DNA of 64,000 nucleotides from a bacterium. GTDB lineage: Bacteria > Zixibacteria > MSB-5A5 > GN15 > FEB-12. Below are positions 26,304-35,060 of this stretch, one piece after another. The translations under genes and the position numbers were made by a program. Location: assembly GCA_016708025.1 (NCBI GenBank), contig JADJGQ010000004.1, forward strand, positions 54,635-118,634, in the 5' to 3' direction. The notes beneath the pieces were generated by a model that worked only from the letters and a program-made list of their open reading frames with translations, ran no database searches and had not been told where the DNA came from. The stretch's first letter is position 1, and each line of letters begins with the position of its first letter.

Positions 26304-27536
26304 ATGCCGCGCGTGTTGTTGGTCTGCTACTATTTTCCGCCGCTCGGGCTGGCGGGGGTGAGCCGTCCGCTGAATCTATTCAGGCACCTTCCGGCGTATG
26401 GATATGATTGTCATGTGCTGACGGTCAAGCCGGTGGCGTATCGGAAATATGCGCCGGAGCTGTTGGAGGGATTGGATCGGAAGAAGATCTTTCGAGCGGG
26501 GAGTCGCGATCCGCAGCGGTTGATGTATTTGCTGGGGATACGGGAGGTGAATCCGAAGACGATCGCGCGCGGTTCGAAAGTCGGTGAGTCGCTTTTTCCG
26601 GATTCAAAGGTTGGTTGGGTGAATGCGGCAGTGCGGTTGGGAAAAAAGTTGCATGCGATGCATGGATACGATGCGATCATCTCTACCTCGCCGCCGATAT
26701 CATCGCATCTGGTGGGGATGAAGCTGGCGAAAGTGTGCGGAATCAAATGGGTGGCGGATTTCAGAGATCCCTGGACGGTGGCGCCGGTTGAGACTGCATA
26801 CTCGAATGAGGGGATGATGGCGAAGGGGAAAGCGCTCAAGGCGGAAATAGTAAAGGGAGTCTCGGCGCTGGTGGGGGTGAATAAAACGATTGTCGACTAT
26901 CTGGGGAGAGGGGAAGTGATCAGTAATGGGTTTGATCCGGAGGTCGCCAAGGGATGGGGAGTACCGACTGATCGCGAAAAATTCTCGATCGGGCTGCTCG
27001 GGGGATTTTCCGAAGAGATGCCGGTTGAGCCGCTGTTACGGGTGGTGCAGAGAGTAATTGAGAGCGGAAGTGTCGGGAAAGAGCAGATTGAGATTCTGCA
27101 GGTGGGGGATGTCGACAAAAACTGGCTGGGGGGACTAGCGACGAAGTATGGTTTGGTCGAGAACGTGAAGATGTACGGGGTGCGACCGCGCGAAGAGACG
27201 GTCAGAATACTGTCGTCCTGTGCCATGATGTATGTTGGGTTGTCGGAAAAGTTGTCGGGGGCGACAACCTCGCGGGTCTTTGATATGCTGGCATCGGGAC
27301 GACCGATACTGGCGTATGCAGGCGCGGGGAGCGAGCTGGCATTGCAGGTGAAGCAATCGGAACATTGTCTGTTTGGGGAGAAAAGCGAAGATGAAGCCGT
27401 TAGGGTTGTTGAATCCCTGGTAAGGAAATATCGAGCGGGCGAACTGAGAATCGAGCCGATGCCGGAGTATGCGATGGTGCACGCGTGGCCGCGTAAAGCA
27501 GAGCAGTATGCGGAGCTCCTGAGGCGGCTTGGATGA
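26304..27536 (+). CDS. glycosyltransferase (GT-B, GT4-like)
   Basis: N-terminal MPRVLLVCYYFPPLGLAGVSRP and a GT-B layout. The family call is moderate. Confidence 0.7.
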   Translation: MPRVLLVCYYFPPLGLAGVSRPLNLFRHLPAYGYDCHVLTVKPVAYRKYAPELLEGLDRKKIFRAGSRDPQRLMYLLGIREVNPKTIARGSKVGESLFPDSKVGWVNAAVRLGKKLHAMHGYDAIISTSPPISSHLVGMKLAKVCGIKWVADFRDPWTVAPVETAYSNEGMMAKGKALKAEIVKGVSALVGVNKTIVDYLGRGEVISNGFDPEVAKGWGVPTDREKFSIGLLGGFSEEMPVEPLLRVVQRVIESGSVGKEQIEILQVGDVDKNWLGGLATKYGLVENVKMYGVRPREETVRILSSCAMMYVGLSEKLSGATTSRVFDMLASGRPILAYAGAGSELALQVKQSEHCLFGEKSEDEAVRVVESLVRKYRAGELRIEPMPEYAMVHAWPRKAEQYAELLRRLG

Positions 27537-28399
27537 GCAGGCCGAAGCTATCTGTGGTGCTGATAGTCTGGGAGGGGATGCGGTTTCTGCCGGATTGCCT
27601 GCGGACATTGAGTGAAGATCTGCGAGAGATCTCGCATGAGGTGATCGCGATCGATAATGGGTCAAGCGATGGTTCGGCGGAGTATATCGCAAAAGAGTAT
27701 CAGTCGATAATACTGATTCGCAATGGGGAGAATCTCGGGTTCGCGAAGGCGGTCAATCAGGGGATAGAAAGATCGACCGCCGATTACATTCTTTTGCTCA
27801 ATCAGGATATTCGGGTGAAGAGAGGGGCGATCGCTGCGCTACTGACCAAAATTGAGAGTGACAAGTCGCTCGGGGTAGTCGGGCCGAAGTTTGTCGGGTT
27901 TGATGGCGTGACGCAACAGTCGGCGCGGAGCTTCCCGGGGATCCGCCATGTCTGGTACAAGTTCTTGCTCCTCTCGGAGCTTTTCCCCCGTCACAAAGAG
28001 TTCGGATCATGGAAGATGAGTTGGTTTGATCATGAGAGCGAACTGGAAGTCGATCAGCCGATGGGGGCGGCGCTGATGATTAGGCGTGAAGTGATCGAGC
28101 GGGTGGGGAAATTCGACGAGCAGTTTCCGATATTTTTCAATGATGTGGATTTCTGTCGGCGGGTCAGTGACGCGGGGTATCGACTGTTATACTATCCGTC
28201 TGCAGTGATAGAGCATTATGTGGGAGGGTCGACGCGGCGGTATCCGCTCAAAATGAAGTGGGAGTCGCACAAATCGATGTATCGCTATCTGGCGAAATAC
28301 AATCCGTGGTATCTTCGCCCGGCGCTCTGGCTGACCGGGCTGATTTTGTTGCTTGGTGTAATCCCGGCGCTTCTGTTATCTCGACGTAAAGCTACTTAA
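27533..28399 (+). CDS. glycosyltransferase family 2
   Basis: LSVVLIVWEG...VIAIDNGSSDGS...LLNQDIRV (DxD region)...GAALMIRREV pattern of GT2 rhamnosyl/galactosyl-type transferases. Confidence 0.85.
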   Translation: MSRPKLSVVLIVWEGMRFLPDCLRTLSEDLREISHEVIAIDNGSSDGSAEYIAKEYQSIILIRNGENLGFAKAVNQGIERSTADYILLLNQDIRVKRGAIAALLTKIESDKSLGVVGPKFVGFDGVTQQSARSFPGIRHVWYKFLLLSELFPRHKEFGSWKMSWFDHESELEVDQPMGAALMIRREVIERVGKFDEQFPIFFNDVDFCRRVSDAGYRLLYYPSAVIEHYVGGSTRRYPLKMKWESHKSMYRYLAKYNPWYLRPALWLTGLILLLGVIPALLLSRRKAT

Positions 28400-30643
28400 G
28401 CAGTAGCATCTTCTTCGTTTCAGAAAAAACTCCAGCGTTCAATCGATAGAGATATACTCCGGCTGAGAGATTCTCTGCATTCCAGATGACCGTATGGTCG
28501 CCAGCGGCCATCTCAGAGTTGACGGGGACGGCCACAACCTGTCCGAGAAGGTTGTAGATCGTGAGTGAGACTTCGGCCCGCGAAGGGAGCGAGAAGTTTA
28601 TCTGGGTCGACGGATTAAACGGGTTGGGATAATTCTGCGCCAGAGCGAATGATCCGGGGAGCGGTTGGTTATCGTCGACATCGGTGACGATCGAGCCGCT
28701 CAGGTAGCCACGGCTGACAGTGAAGCCGGGTTTCACCACCGAGATGTTGTAGATGAATGACGGGTCGAGATCGGCAGTGAAGGTAACGCGACCGGAGAGG
28801 TCGGTGATCGTTGATTCAATCAGGCTGTCTGCCATGGAAAGGGTGACCTCGCAATTGGCGAGCGGCTGATTGTCCGCAGTGACGATCACTGTTTTCGGGT
28901 CATCCAGATCGGCGGCGAATGTCGCGGTGGCGGGGATCGACTGATAAACGCGAAGGGCAGGGTCGCCCAGATAATTCAGGCCATAGACCATGTCGCGATA
29001 GAAGTAGAGCGCGCTTTTCGCGCCATACATCGCCCGGACGGCGGGGCGATCGGGATGGGCGAAGAGGGAGTCGAAGAATGCCTGTTGCAGCATATAGCTG
29101 GTGCCGACCCAACCCCATCGCGAGTGGCCGACGAATCCAACCGCACCGTTTGGATCGGCCAGCAAGGTCTGGGCGAAGTTAGGGGGGCATTAAAATAGGG
29201 TTGGTCGCAATCAAACTGAGTGTTGTCGCAGGCGAGGGAATAGTAGAAAGCGGGTTTTCCCTGCGCGGTCATATCGGCGATGGCGCCATGCCCGCCGACC
29301 GGTTCGGTCAGCATGATGGTCTTGGGCCATTCGTTGTAGTTGGCGGATTTCAATACAAAGCCATCGGAGCGGCCATGCGCGATGATATTTACGATCCCAT
29401 AACCGGACTCCGTCACCTGACCAAGCTCTGCGGGCGGGAGATTGGAAGGAGCGGGATCATCGCCGCGATCGGCCTCGACGCCGGAGATGGTGTCGAGTGA
29501 GAAGTTTGGCGGATAGGCGGAAGCGATCTGGTTATGCTGGCCATCGTTGAGGTCGCGCATCTGGTCGGATGAATAGAAAAAAGCGCGGGTGAGCCAGTCG
29601 CGGTTTTCGCCGGGATTGGATTCATAGCCGATCAGTTTATTGGTATACGCGAGGAAATCCTCGGCGCGATCAAAGGGGAGCCGTCCGACCAACAGTTCGG
29701 GAGTGATATCCGCAACATCATCGAGCCGTTCGCCCCAGGTATTGTCGTGATCGCGATCCCAATTGCCATTCAGGTCGGCGAAATAGAGATCGCAGATCTG
29801 CAGGTTGACCGGAGAGATGGCGGTGTCGCTATGGTTGGTGTAGTGGTACGCGAGACGGATCGGGACGACGGTTTCATCACCGGCCAGCAGGAGATAACTG
29901 CCGGGATCGGCGTAGTTGGCTTTGAGATATTCACGGATCTGTTCGGCCGGATCAACGCCGGCGGAGGTGGCGAGAATCGACTCAACAGTGACGATGCGCG
30001 CATGGTAGCCGGTCGCAATACGGTATTGCTTGAGCGGCTCAAGCGAAGGGGCCATCGCCTGCGAAGTGATGATCAGGTACTGCGGCGCAGAAGAGCCATC
30101 ATCAGGCGACTGCTGCAACAGGTGATCGGTCGACGAATAGGGGAGAAGCGCGGCGGCATCGATCTCGCGGTCACCGACCGTGATCGTGATGGAACTGTTG
30201 AGAGAGAGTATGCTTTCGGCGCTGTTCGTATAGGGGAAAAGAAGAATGTCAGCGTAACGAGTGCCGTTGCGGACGATCTCTCCCTGCACTGATCCGGGTG
30301 AAGTGAGGGTCGGGTAGCCCTGACGAATGATCGCCGGATCATAGGTGTGATAGTCGGAAGTGGGGGAGTCTTCGACAAAGGTCAAATCTGCAATCATCAG
30401 TTGTTCGGCGGCGGTGAAGCGAATGTCGGCGATCGATTCGTCTGACTGTAGTTCGATCAAGTATCGCTGAGCGGCAAAAGAACCATTGGCGCCGAGCGAA
30501 ATGGACGGCCAGTCGCTGTACGAAAAAACTCTATCGGCGGAATTGTATTGGATCGCAGATTGATCGATCAGCAGTGTCGCGCCCGAGGCTCCGGTCACTC
30601 CCGTAACCATCGCCAACAACAGACTCAAAAGCTCTCTCTTCAC
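28392..30643 (-). pseudogene. peptidase C25 (gingipain-like) with T9SS type-A sorting domain, interrupted by a frameshift in a homopolymer
   Basis: The upstream ORF (30643-28976) has a signal peptide, IIAHGRSDG (His) and YYSLACDN (Cys). The downstream ORF (29165-28392) continues with LLADPNGAVGFVGHSRWGW and ends FALAQNYPNPFNPST...GVYLYRL...KKMLLLK. The frames are joined by +1 nt in the G6 tract at 29182-29187. Confidence 0.75.
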
Positions 30644-30869
30644 CGTGTACCCCTGTTTCAGGTTGAACCCGACGCTCTAGAGTGCATGCCGGATGCCGGA
30701 CCATTGGGGAGTCGTTTGGTCGGTGAAGAGCTGGATAAACGGTTGATTTCAAAGAGGTTCAGTTTCGGGCACTAAGTGGGAATTCTCTGGAATAGCAAAT
30801 CGGTATTGGGGATGGCCACGGAATGTAGGGGGGTGACTACAAGTTTGGCGGGGAGCCGAATTTGAGATT

Positions 30870-31067
30870 GTGGAAAAGTGGAGATTGTCTCTTGGCCGCT
30901 AAGTGGCAAGCGGTTTGCCGGTTTTGAGTTTTTAATCGGTGATTTCTCGATGTACGATAAAGGTTTAAGGTTGAACTTTTTTCTAATACGGGGGAAGAAA
31001 TATCTTGACAGTGGTGGGAGAAAAGTGATAAATAAGGCTAACTCTGGGTATTAGTGGTTCAAAGTGG
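30870..31067 (+). promoter_or_regulatory. cluster of AGTGG/GTGG boxes, candidate MraZ operator
   Basis: GTGG boxes at 30870, 30878, 30903, 31011, 31054 and 31064, GTGA at 31025 and TGGG at 31045. The last three are about 10 nt apart. Confidence 0.3.
31005..31034 (+). promoter_or_regulatory. sigma70-like dcw promoter candidate TTGACA-N17/18-(TG)ATAAAT
   Basis: Read directly. It lies 45 nt upstream of the mraZ TTG start. Confidence 0.4.
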
Positions 31068-31077
31068 AGGATTTCTC

Positions 31078-31551
31078 TTGACCGGCTTTTGTGGACAGTT
31101 CCAAACGACCCTCGATGACAAGGGGCGTTTCGCGTTGCCTGCGAAGCTACGGTCGGTCCGGGGGATGTCCGAAGAGCCACTGCTGGATGGGAACATCACC
31201 CTGACCAAAGGTCTGGATGGCTGTTTGACTCTATATCCGGAGCCGGAGTGGGCAGAGATACAGAACCGCCTGGCATCGCTCAGTTTCACACAAAAGGATT
31301 TCCGCTTTTTCAGTCGCGAGTTTTATGCAGCGGCCACGGTTGTGGCTCCGGATAAAAACGGCCGCATCCTGGTACCATCGCATTTGGTGGCGGAGGCGGG
31401 GCTGAAGAAGGAGTTGCTGGTGATCGGTGTGAACCGTTGGGTAGAAATATGGAATCCTGAGCGCTACCAGTATTACAAGCAGCAGTACACCCGCAGTTAC
31501 GAGGAAGTAGCGGAACGATTGTTCATGGGCGATGACCGCGAACGAACCTGA
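31078..31551 (+). CDS. mraZ: transcriptional regulator MraZ
   Basis: FCGQFQTTLDDKGRFALPAKLR and a second SpoVT/AbrB-like repeat (DKNGRILVPSHL). I preferred the TTG at 31078, preceded by GGAGG, over the GTG at 31054. Confidence 0.9.
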   Translation: MTGFCGQFQTTLDDKGRFALPAKLRSVRGMSEEPLLDGNITLTKGLDGCLTLYPEPEWAEIQNRLASLSFTQKDFRFFSREFYAAATVVAPDKNGRILVPSHLVAEAGLKKELLVIGVNRWVEIWNPERYQYYKQQYTRSYEEVAERLFMGDDRERT

Positions 31552-32476
31552 TGGGTATCATCAGCCGGTCTTGGCTGATGTCGTGGTCTCACTATTGATC
31601 ACAGATCGTGAGGGGGCTTATCTCGATCTGACGGCGGGGGGCGGAGGTCACCTGAAAAGGTTGGCCGGAGCGTTGGGCGCTCACGCACGACTGTACGGGA
31701 TCGACCGGGATCCGGAAGCGATCCGCCGCGCGACCGACGAACTGTCACACTTCAAACAATCACATCAGATCATTCAGGCTTCGTTCGGCGATCTCGCCGA
31801 GGTGGCGAAGCAGTTTTCAGATAGCGCTTTTGCGGGGATCCTGCTGGATCTCGGAGTATCATCGCGACAGATCGATGATCCGGGACGGGGGTTCTCGTTT
31901 CGACAGGAAGGTCCGTTGGATATGCGCATGGACCCGTCATCGGAAACGACGGCGGCGGAGTTGATACAGCAGAGCAGTGAGCGGCAGTTGACCGAGATGC
32001 TGCGCTCATACGGAGAAGAGAAACAGGCCGCGCGAGTGGCCAGGGCGATCGTCAAGGAAAGACAGCGAGAGATGATACGGACCACCACTCAGCTAGCATC
32101 GGTTGTCTCCTCGGTCATTCATCCCCCCCATCAGGTCAAATCGATCGCGCGGGTTTTCCAGGCGCTTCGGATCGCAGTGAATGGTGAACTGGAGCAGTTG
32201 GAGGCGGTGCTTCCGGCGGCGTACAGTTTGCTGGCGCCGGGCGGTCGGATGGCGGTGATCTCCTATCATTCTCTGGAGGACCGGCTGGTGAAGCGGTTTT
32301 TGCAGCAAAAGGCGAATCCGCCCTGTGTTTGTCCGCCGCGGTTACCGATTTGTCAGTGCGATCGGACGCCGACCATGAAATTGATCACGCGGAAACCGAT
32401 AGAGCCGGACGAGGCGGAGATCGCGTCGAACTCGCGCGCCCGTTCCGCCAAACTTCGAGTGGGGGAGAGGCTGTAG
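31532..32476 (+). CDS. rsmH: 16S rRNA (cytosine1402-N4)-methyltransferase
   Basis: HQPVL, DLTAGGGGH, GILLDLGVSSRQID and ISYHSLEDR motifs. Confidence 0.95.
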   Translation: MTANEPDGYHQPVLADVVVSLLITDREGAYLDLTAGGGGHLKRLAGALGAHARLYGIDRDPEAIRRATDELSHFKQSHQIIQASFGDLAEVAKQFSDSAFAGILLDLGVSSRQIDDPGRGFSFRQEGPLDMRMDPSSETTAAELIQQSSERQLTEMLRSYGEEKQAARVARAIVKERQREMIRTTTQLASVVSSVIHPPHQVKSIARVFQALRIAVNGELEQLEAVLPAAYSLLAPGGRMAVISYHSLEDRLVKRFLQQKANPPCVCPPRLPICQCDRTPTMKLITRKPIEPDEAEIASNSRARSAKLRVGERL

Positions 32477-32477
32477 C

Positions 32478-32981
32478 ATGGCGGATTCGGTCCGGAAATT
32501 CAAAGAGACAGTTGAGTTCCAGCAGGGGTTCGTGACGCGGATCCGACAGCACCGTCATTTCGGCATAGCGGTCATCAGTGCGACGCTGATCCTGGTGGCC
32601 TGCATACATATCTGGCAGCGGGTGCATGTGATCCACCTGGTCCAGGAAGTGGATGCGCTGAAAGGACAGAATGCGCTGATGGTGGATGAGACCAAAAAGG
32701 CGCAGATGGATATTGCCGGGCTGACCCGTGCCACGCGCATTTCGGTTTGTGCGGCGGAATCGCTGGGGCTGGAGCCGATCGCGGCGGACCGTCTGTATAC
32801 GATCCAGTTGCAGAGCGAAAAAGTGATCCATAAGGACAGCACCGACGAATTTGCGGCGGTGATGTCATCGATAAAGCGGGTGGCAGATTTTATGCCGGTG
32901 ATGAGCGAAGCGAGCGCCGGTTCCAGTGAACTTCGACCGATCAAATTCGATTCGATCGAGAGCCGGAAGGATATCCGATGA
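32478..32981 (+). CDS. ftsL: FtsL-like cell division protein
   Basis: Single TM helix followed by a coiled-coil-like segment. The position between rsmH and ftsI supports the call. At 167 aa it is longer than typical FtsL. Confidence 0.55.
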   Translation: MADSVRKFKETVEFQQGFVTRIRQHRHFGIAVISATLILVACIHIWQRVHVIHLVQEVDALKGQNALMVDETKKAQMDIAGLTRATRISVCAAESLGLEPIAADRLYTIQLQSEKVIHKDSTDEFAAVMSSIKRVADFMPVMSEASAGSSELRPIKFDSIESRKDIR

Positions 32982-35053
32982 CGCGGACGCGGCAGGAAAA
33001 TATCCGTCTTCGCGTGATTTTCGCCCTGGTGATCTTTTTCTTTTTGCTGGCGGCGGGGCGGCTGGCGCACCTGCAGTTGTATCTGGGCGAAAAGTACGCA
33101 TCGATAGTCGAAAAGCAGTCGACGGGGACGATCACGATCCCGGCCGAGCGGGGAATGGTGTACGACCGTTACGGCGCTCTCGTAGCAAAGAACGTGATCG
33201 TATCATCTTTATATGCCTATCCGAATGATGTCAGTGAAGTTGATTCGGTAGCGACATACCTCGAGAAATTCCTGGGATTGAGCCGGGGCGAGGCGGTCCA
33301 GAAGTTCAAGCTGGAGCCGCGCAAATTCCGCTGGATAAAGCGCCGTCTCGCGGATGATGAAGCGAAGATGGTGGCAGCAGACAATCCGCCCGGACTGCAC
33401 CTTCGTGAAGACAGTCACCGTGCATATCCACTCGGATTAGTGGGGAAGCAGATCCTCGGGTTTACGGATATCGACAACAAGGGGCAGTCAGGTTTCGAGC
33501 TGGCGTATGACTCGATGTTGACCGGCAAAGAAGGGTATGCGGATATCCGTCGCGACGGACTGCGCAATACGTACCGGGTCGAAGAAGCGGCGTTGTTGAA
33601 GCCGACTCCGGGGAGATCGGTCGTGTTGACGGTAGATTGGCGGTTGCAGGATATCGTCGAGAGCGAGTTAGCCCACGCGGTCGATTCGTTTAATGCGAAG
33701 CAGGGGATGGCGGTGTTCATCGATACGCGCAACGGGGATATCCTGGCGATGGCTCACTATGATCCGCTGGAGAAGGATCCGGAGAAGCCGACCAAACTCC
33801 GCGCGATCAGCGATCAATATGAACCGGGCTCGGTATTCAAGATCTTCACGGCGGCAGGAGTACTGGATCGCCGCGATGTGAGTTATTCATCATTGGTAGA
33901 TTGCGAGAACGGCGCCTGGAAAGTCGGGAAACGAGTGCTGCATGATGACAAGCGGCACGGGCTGATGAATTTCCGCGAGATCATCGAGGTGTCATCGAAT
34001 ATCGGGATCGCCAAGTGGGCGATCACGGTCGACCCGGAAGAGATGTTTGACATCTATAAGAAATTTGGATTCGGGAAGAGACTTCGGTGCGGATTGCCGG
34101 GAGAAGCATCGGGTCAGTTGTTCACGCCTCCCAAATGGAATGATTTCACGGTGTCGCAGTTGGCGATGGGGCATGCCGTGGCGGTGACGCCGTTGCAGTT
34201 GGCCTCGGCGATCGGAGTGGTGGCGAATGACGGTGAGTTACTGCGGCCGCGCCTGATCCTCGGGTATGTTGATGACCAGGGGTATGTGGTGGAAGAGCAG
34301 AAGCGTGAAGTGCTGCATCGGGTAGTCGACAAGGGACTTGATTCATTACGAGCGTTCATGCGCGGAGTGGTGGAGAAGGGGACCGCCAAAGCGGTCAATT
34401 CCAAGGTAGTTGAGATCGCCGGGAAGACCGGGACGGCGCAATTGCCGGACCTGGAGACGGGGCGGTACTTCCAGAATAAATATGCGGCGACGTTTGGTGG
34501 TTTTTTCCCTTATGACAATCCGACGGTAGCGGGTGCGGTAATATTGATCGATCCGCAGCCGATGCATTACGGCGGGTTGACTTCGGGGCCGACGTTTCGC
34601 CGGATTGTCGAACGATATGCCGTGCTAAATCCTGACCTGATAACGCTGCCGGAAAGGACTCTGGCGGCGAGGTCGGGACGTGTTCGTGTGACAGTGGATC
34701 TTCCGAATTTTGTCGGTCGGGATCTGGAGGCTGCGACGCAGCTTGCGGAAGTACGAGGGATCACGTTGCGCAGCACCGCCGATGAGGGGACGGTAGTTTG
34801 GCAATACCCTCCACCCGACCGTAAAGTGGATGAGGGCGACGAGGTCGTCGCCCTTGTCACCAATCCGGCGGACAGTGTGATGCGGATGCCGGATCTGGTT
34901 GGATTGCCGGTGAAGAAAGTTACGGCGCTGCTGAGTCATGTCGGCGCGAAATTCCATATCCGGGGGACCGGGCGAGTGGTGGCAACGTCAATAGCGGCGG
35001 GGGAGCCATTCGATCCCAAAGTGCCGGTCAACGTGGAATGTCAATCGATCTGA
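32978..35053 (+). CDS. ftsI: peptidoglycan D,D-transpeptidase FtsI (class B PBP) with two C-terminal PASTA domains
   Basis: SVFK (SxxK), SSN and KTGTA motifs. The C-terminal 124 aa form two PASTA-like repeats (LPNFVGRDLEAATQLAEVRGI..., MPDLVGLPVKKVTALLSHVGA...). Confidence 0.9.
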   Translation: MTRTRQENIRLRVIFALVIFFFLLAAGRLAHLQLYLGEKYASIVEKQSTGTITIPAERGMVYDRYGALVAKNVIVSSLYAYPNDVSEVDSVATYLEKFLGLSRGEAVQKFKLEPRKFRWIKRRLADDEAKMVAADNPPGLHLREDSHRAYPLGLVGKQILGFTDIDNKGQSGFELAYDSMLTGKEGYADIRRDGLRNTYRVEEAALLKPTPGRSVVLTVDWRLQDIVESELAHAVDSFNAKQGMAVFIDTRNGDILAMAHYDPLEKDPEKPTKLRAISDQYEPGSVFKIFTAAGVLDRRDVSYSSLVDCENGAWKVGKRVLHDDKRHGLMNFREIIEVSSNIGIAKWAITVDPEEMFDIYKKFGFGKRLRCGLPGEASGQLFTPPKWNDFTVSQLAMGHAVAVTPLQLASAIGVVANDGELLRPRLILGYVDDQGYVVEEQKREVLHRVVDKGLDSLRAFMRGVVEKGTAKAVNSKVVEIAGKTGTAQLPDLETGRYFQNKYAATFGGFFPYDNPTVAGAVILIDPQPMHYGGLTSGPTFRRIVERYAVLNPDLITLPERTLAARSGRVRVTVDLPNFVGRDLEAATQLAEVRGITLRSTADEGTVVWQYPPPDRKVDEGDEVVALVTNPADSVMRMPDLVGLPVKKVTALLSHVGAKFHIRGTGRVVATSIAAGEPFDPKVPVNVECQSI

Positions 35054-35060
35054 AGGGTGC

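Noticed and set aside
27945-27965. TGGTAC-N-CTTGCT resembling a sigma54 -24/-12 promoter, of interest because an NtrC-family activator is encoded at 12636-14036.
   Set aside because: The GG-to-GC spacing is off by one, and the site lies inside the GT2 coding sequence. No convincing TGGCAC-N5-TTGC was seen in any spacer.
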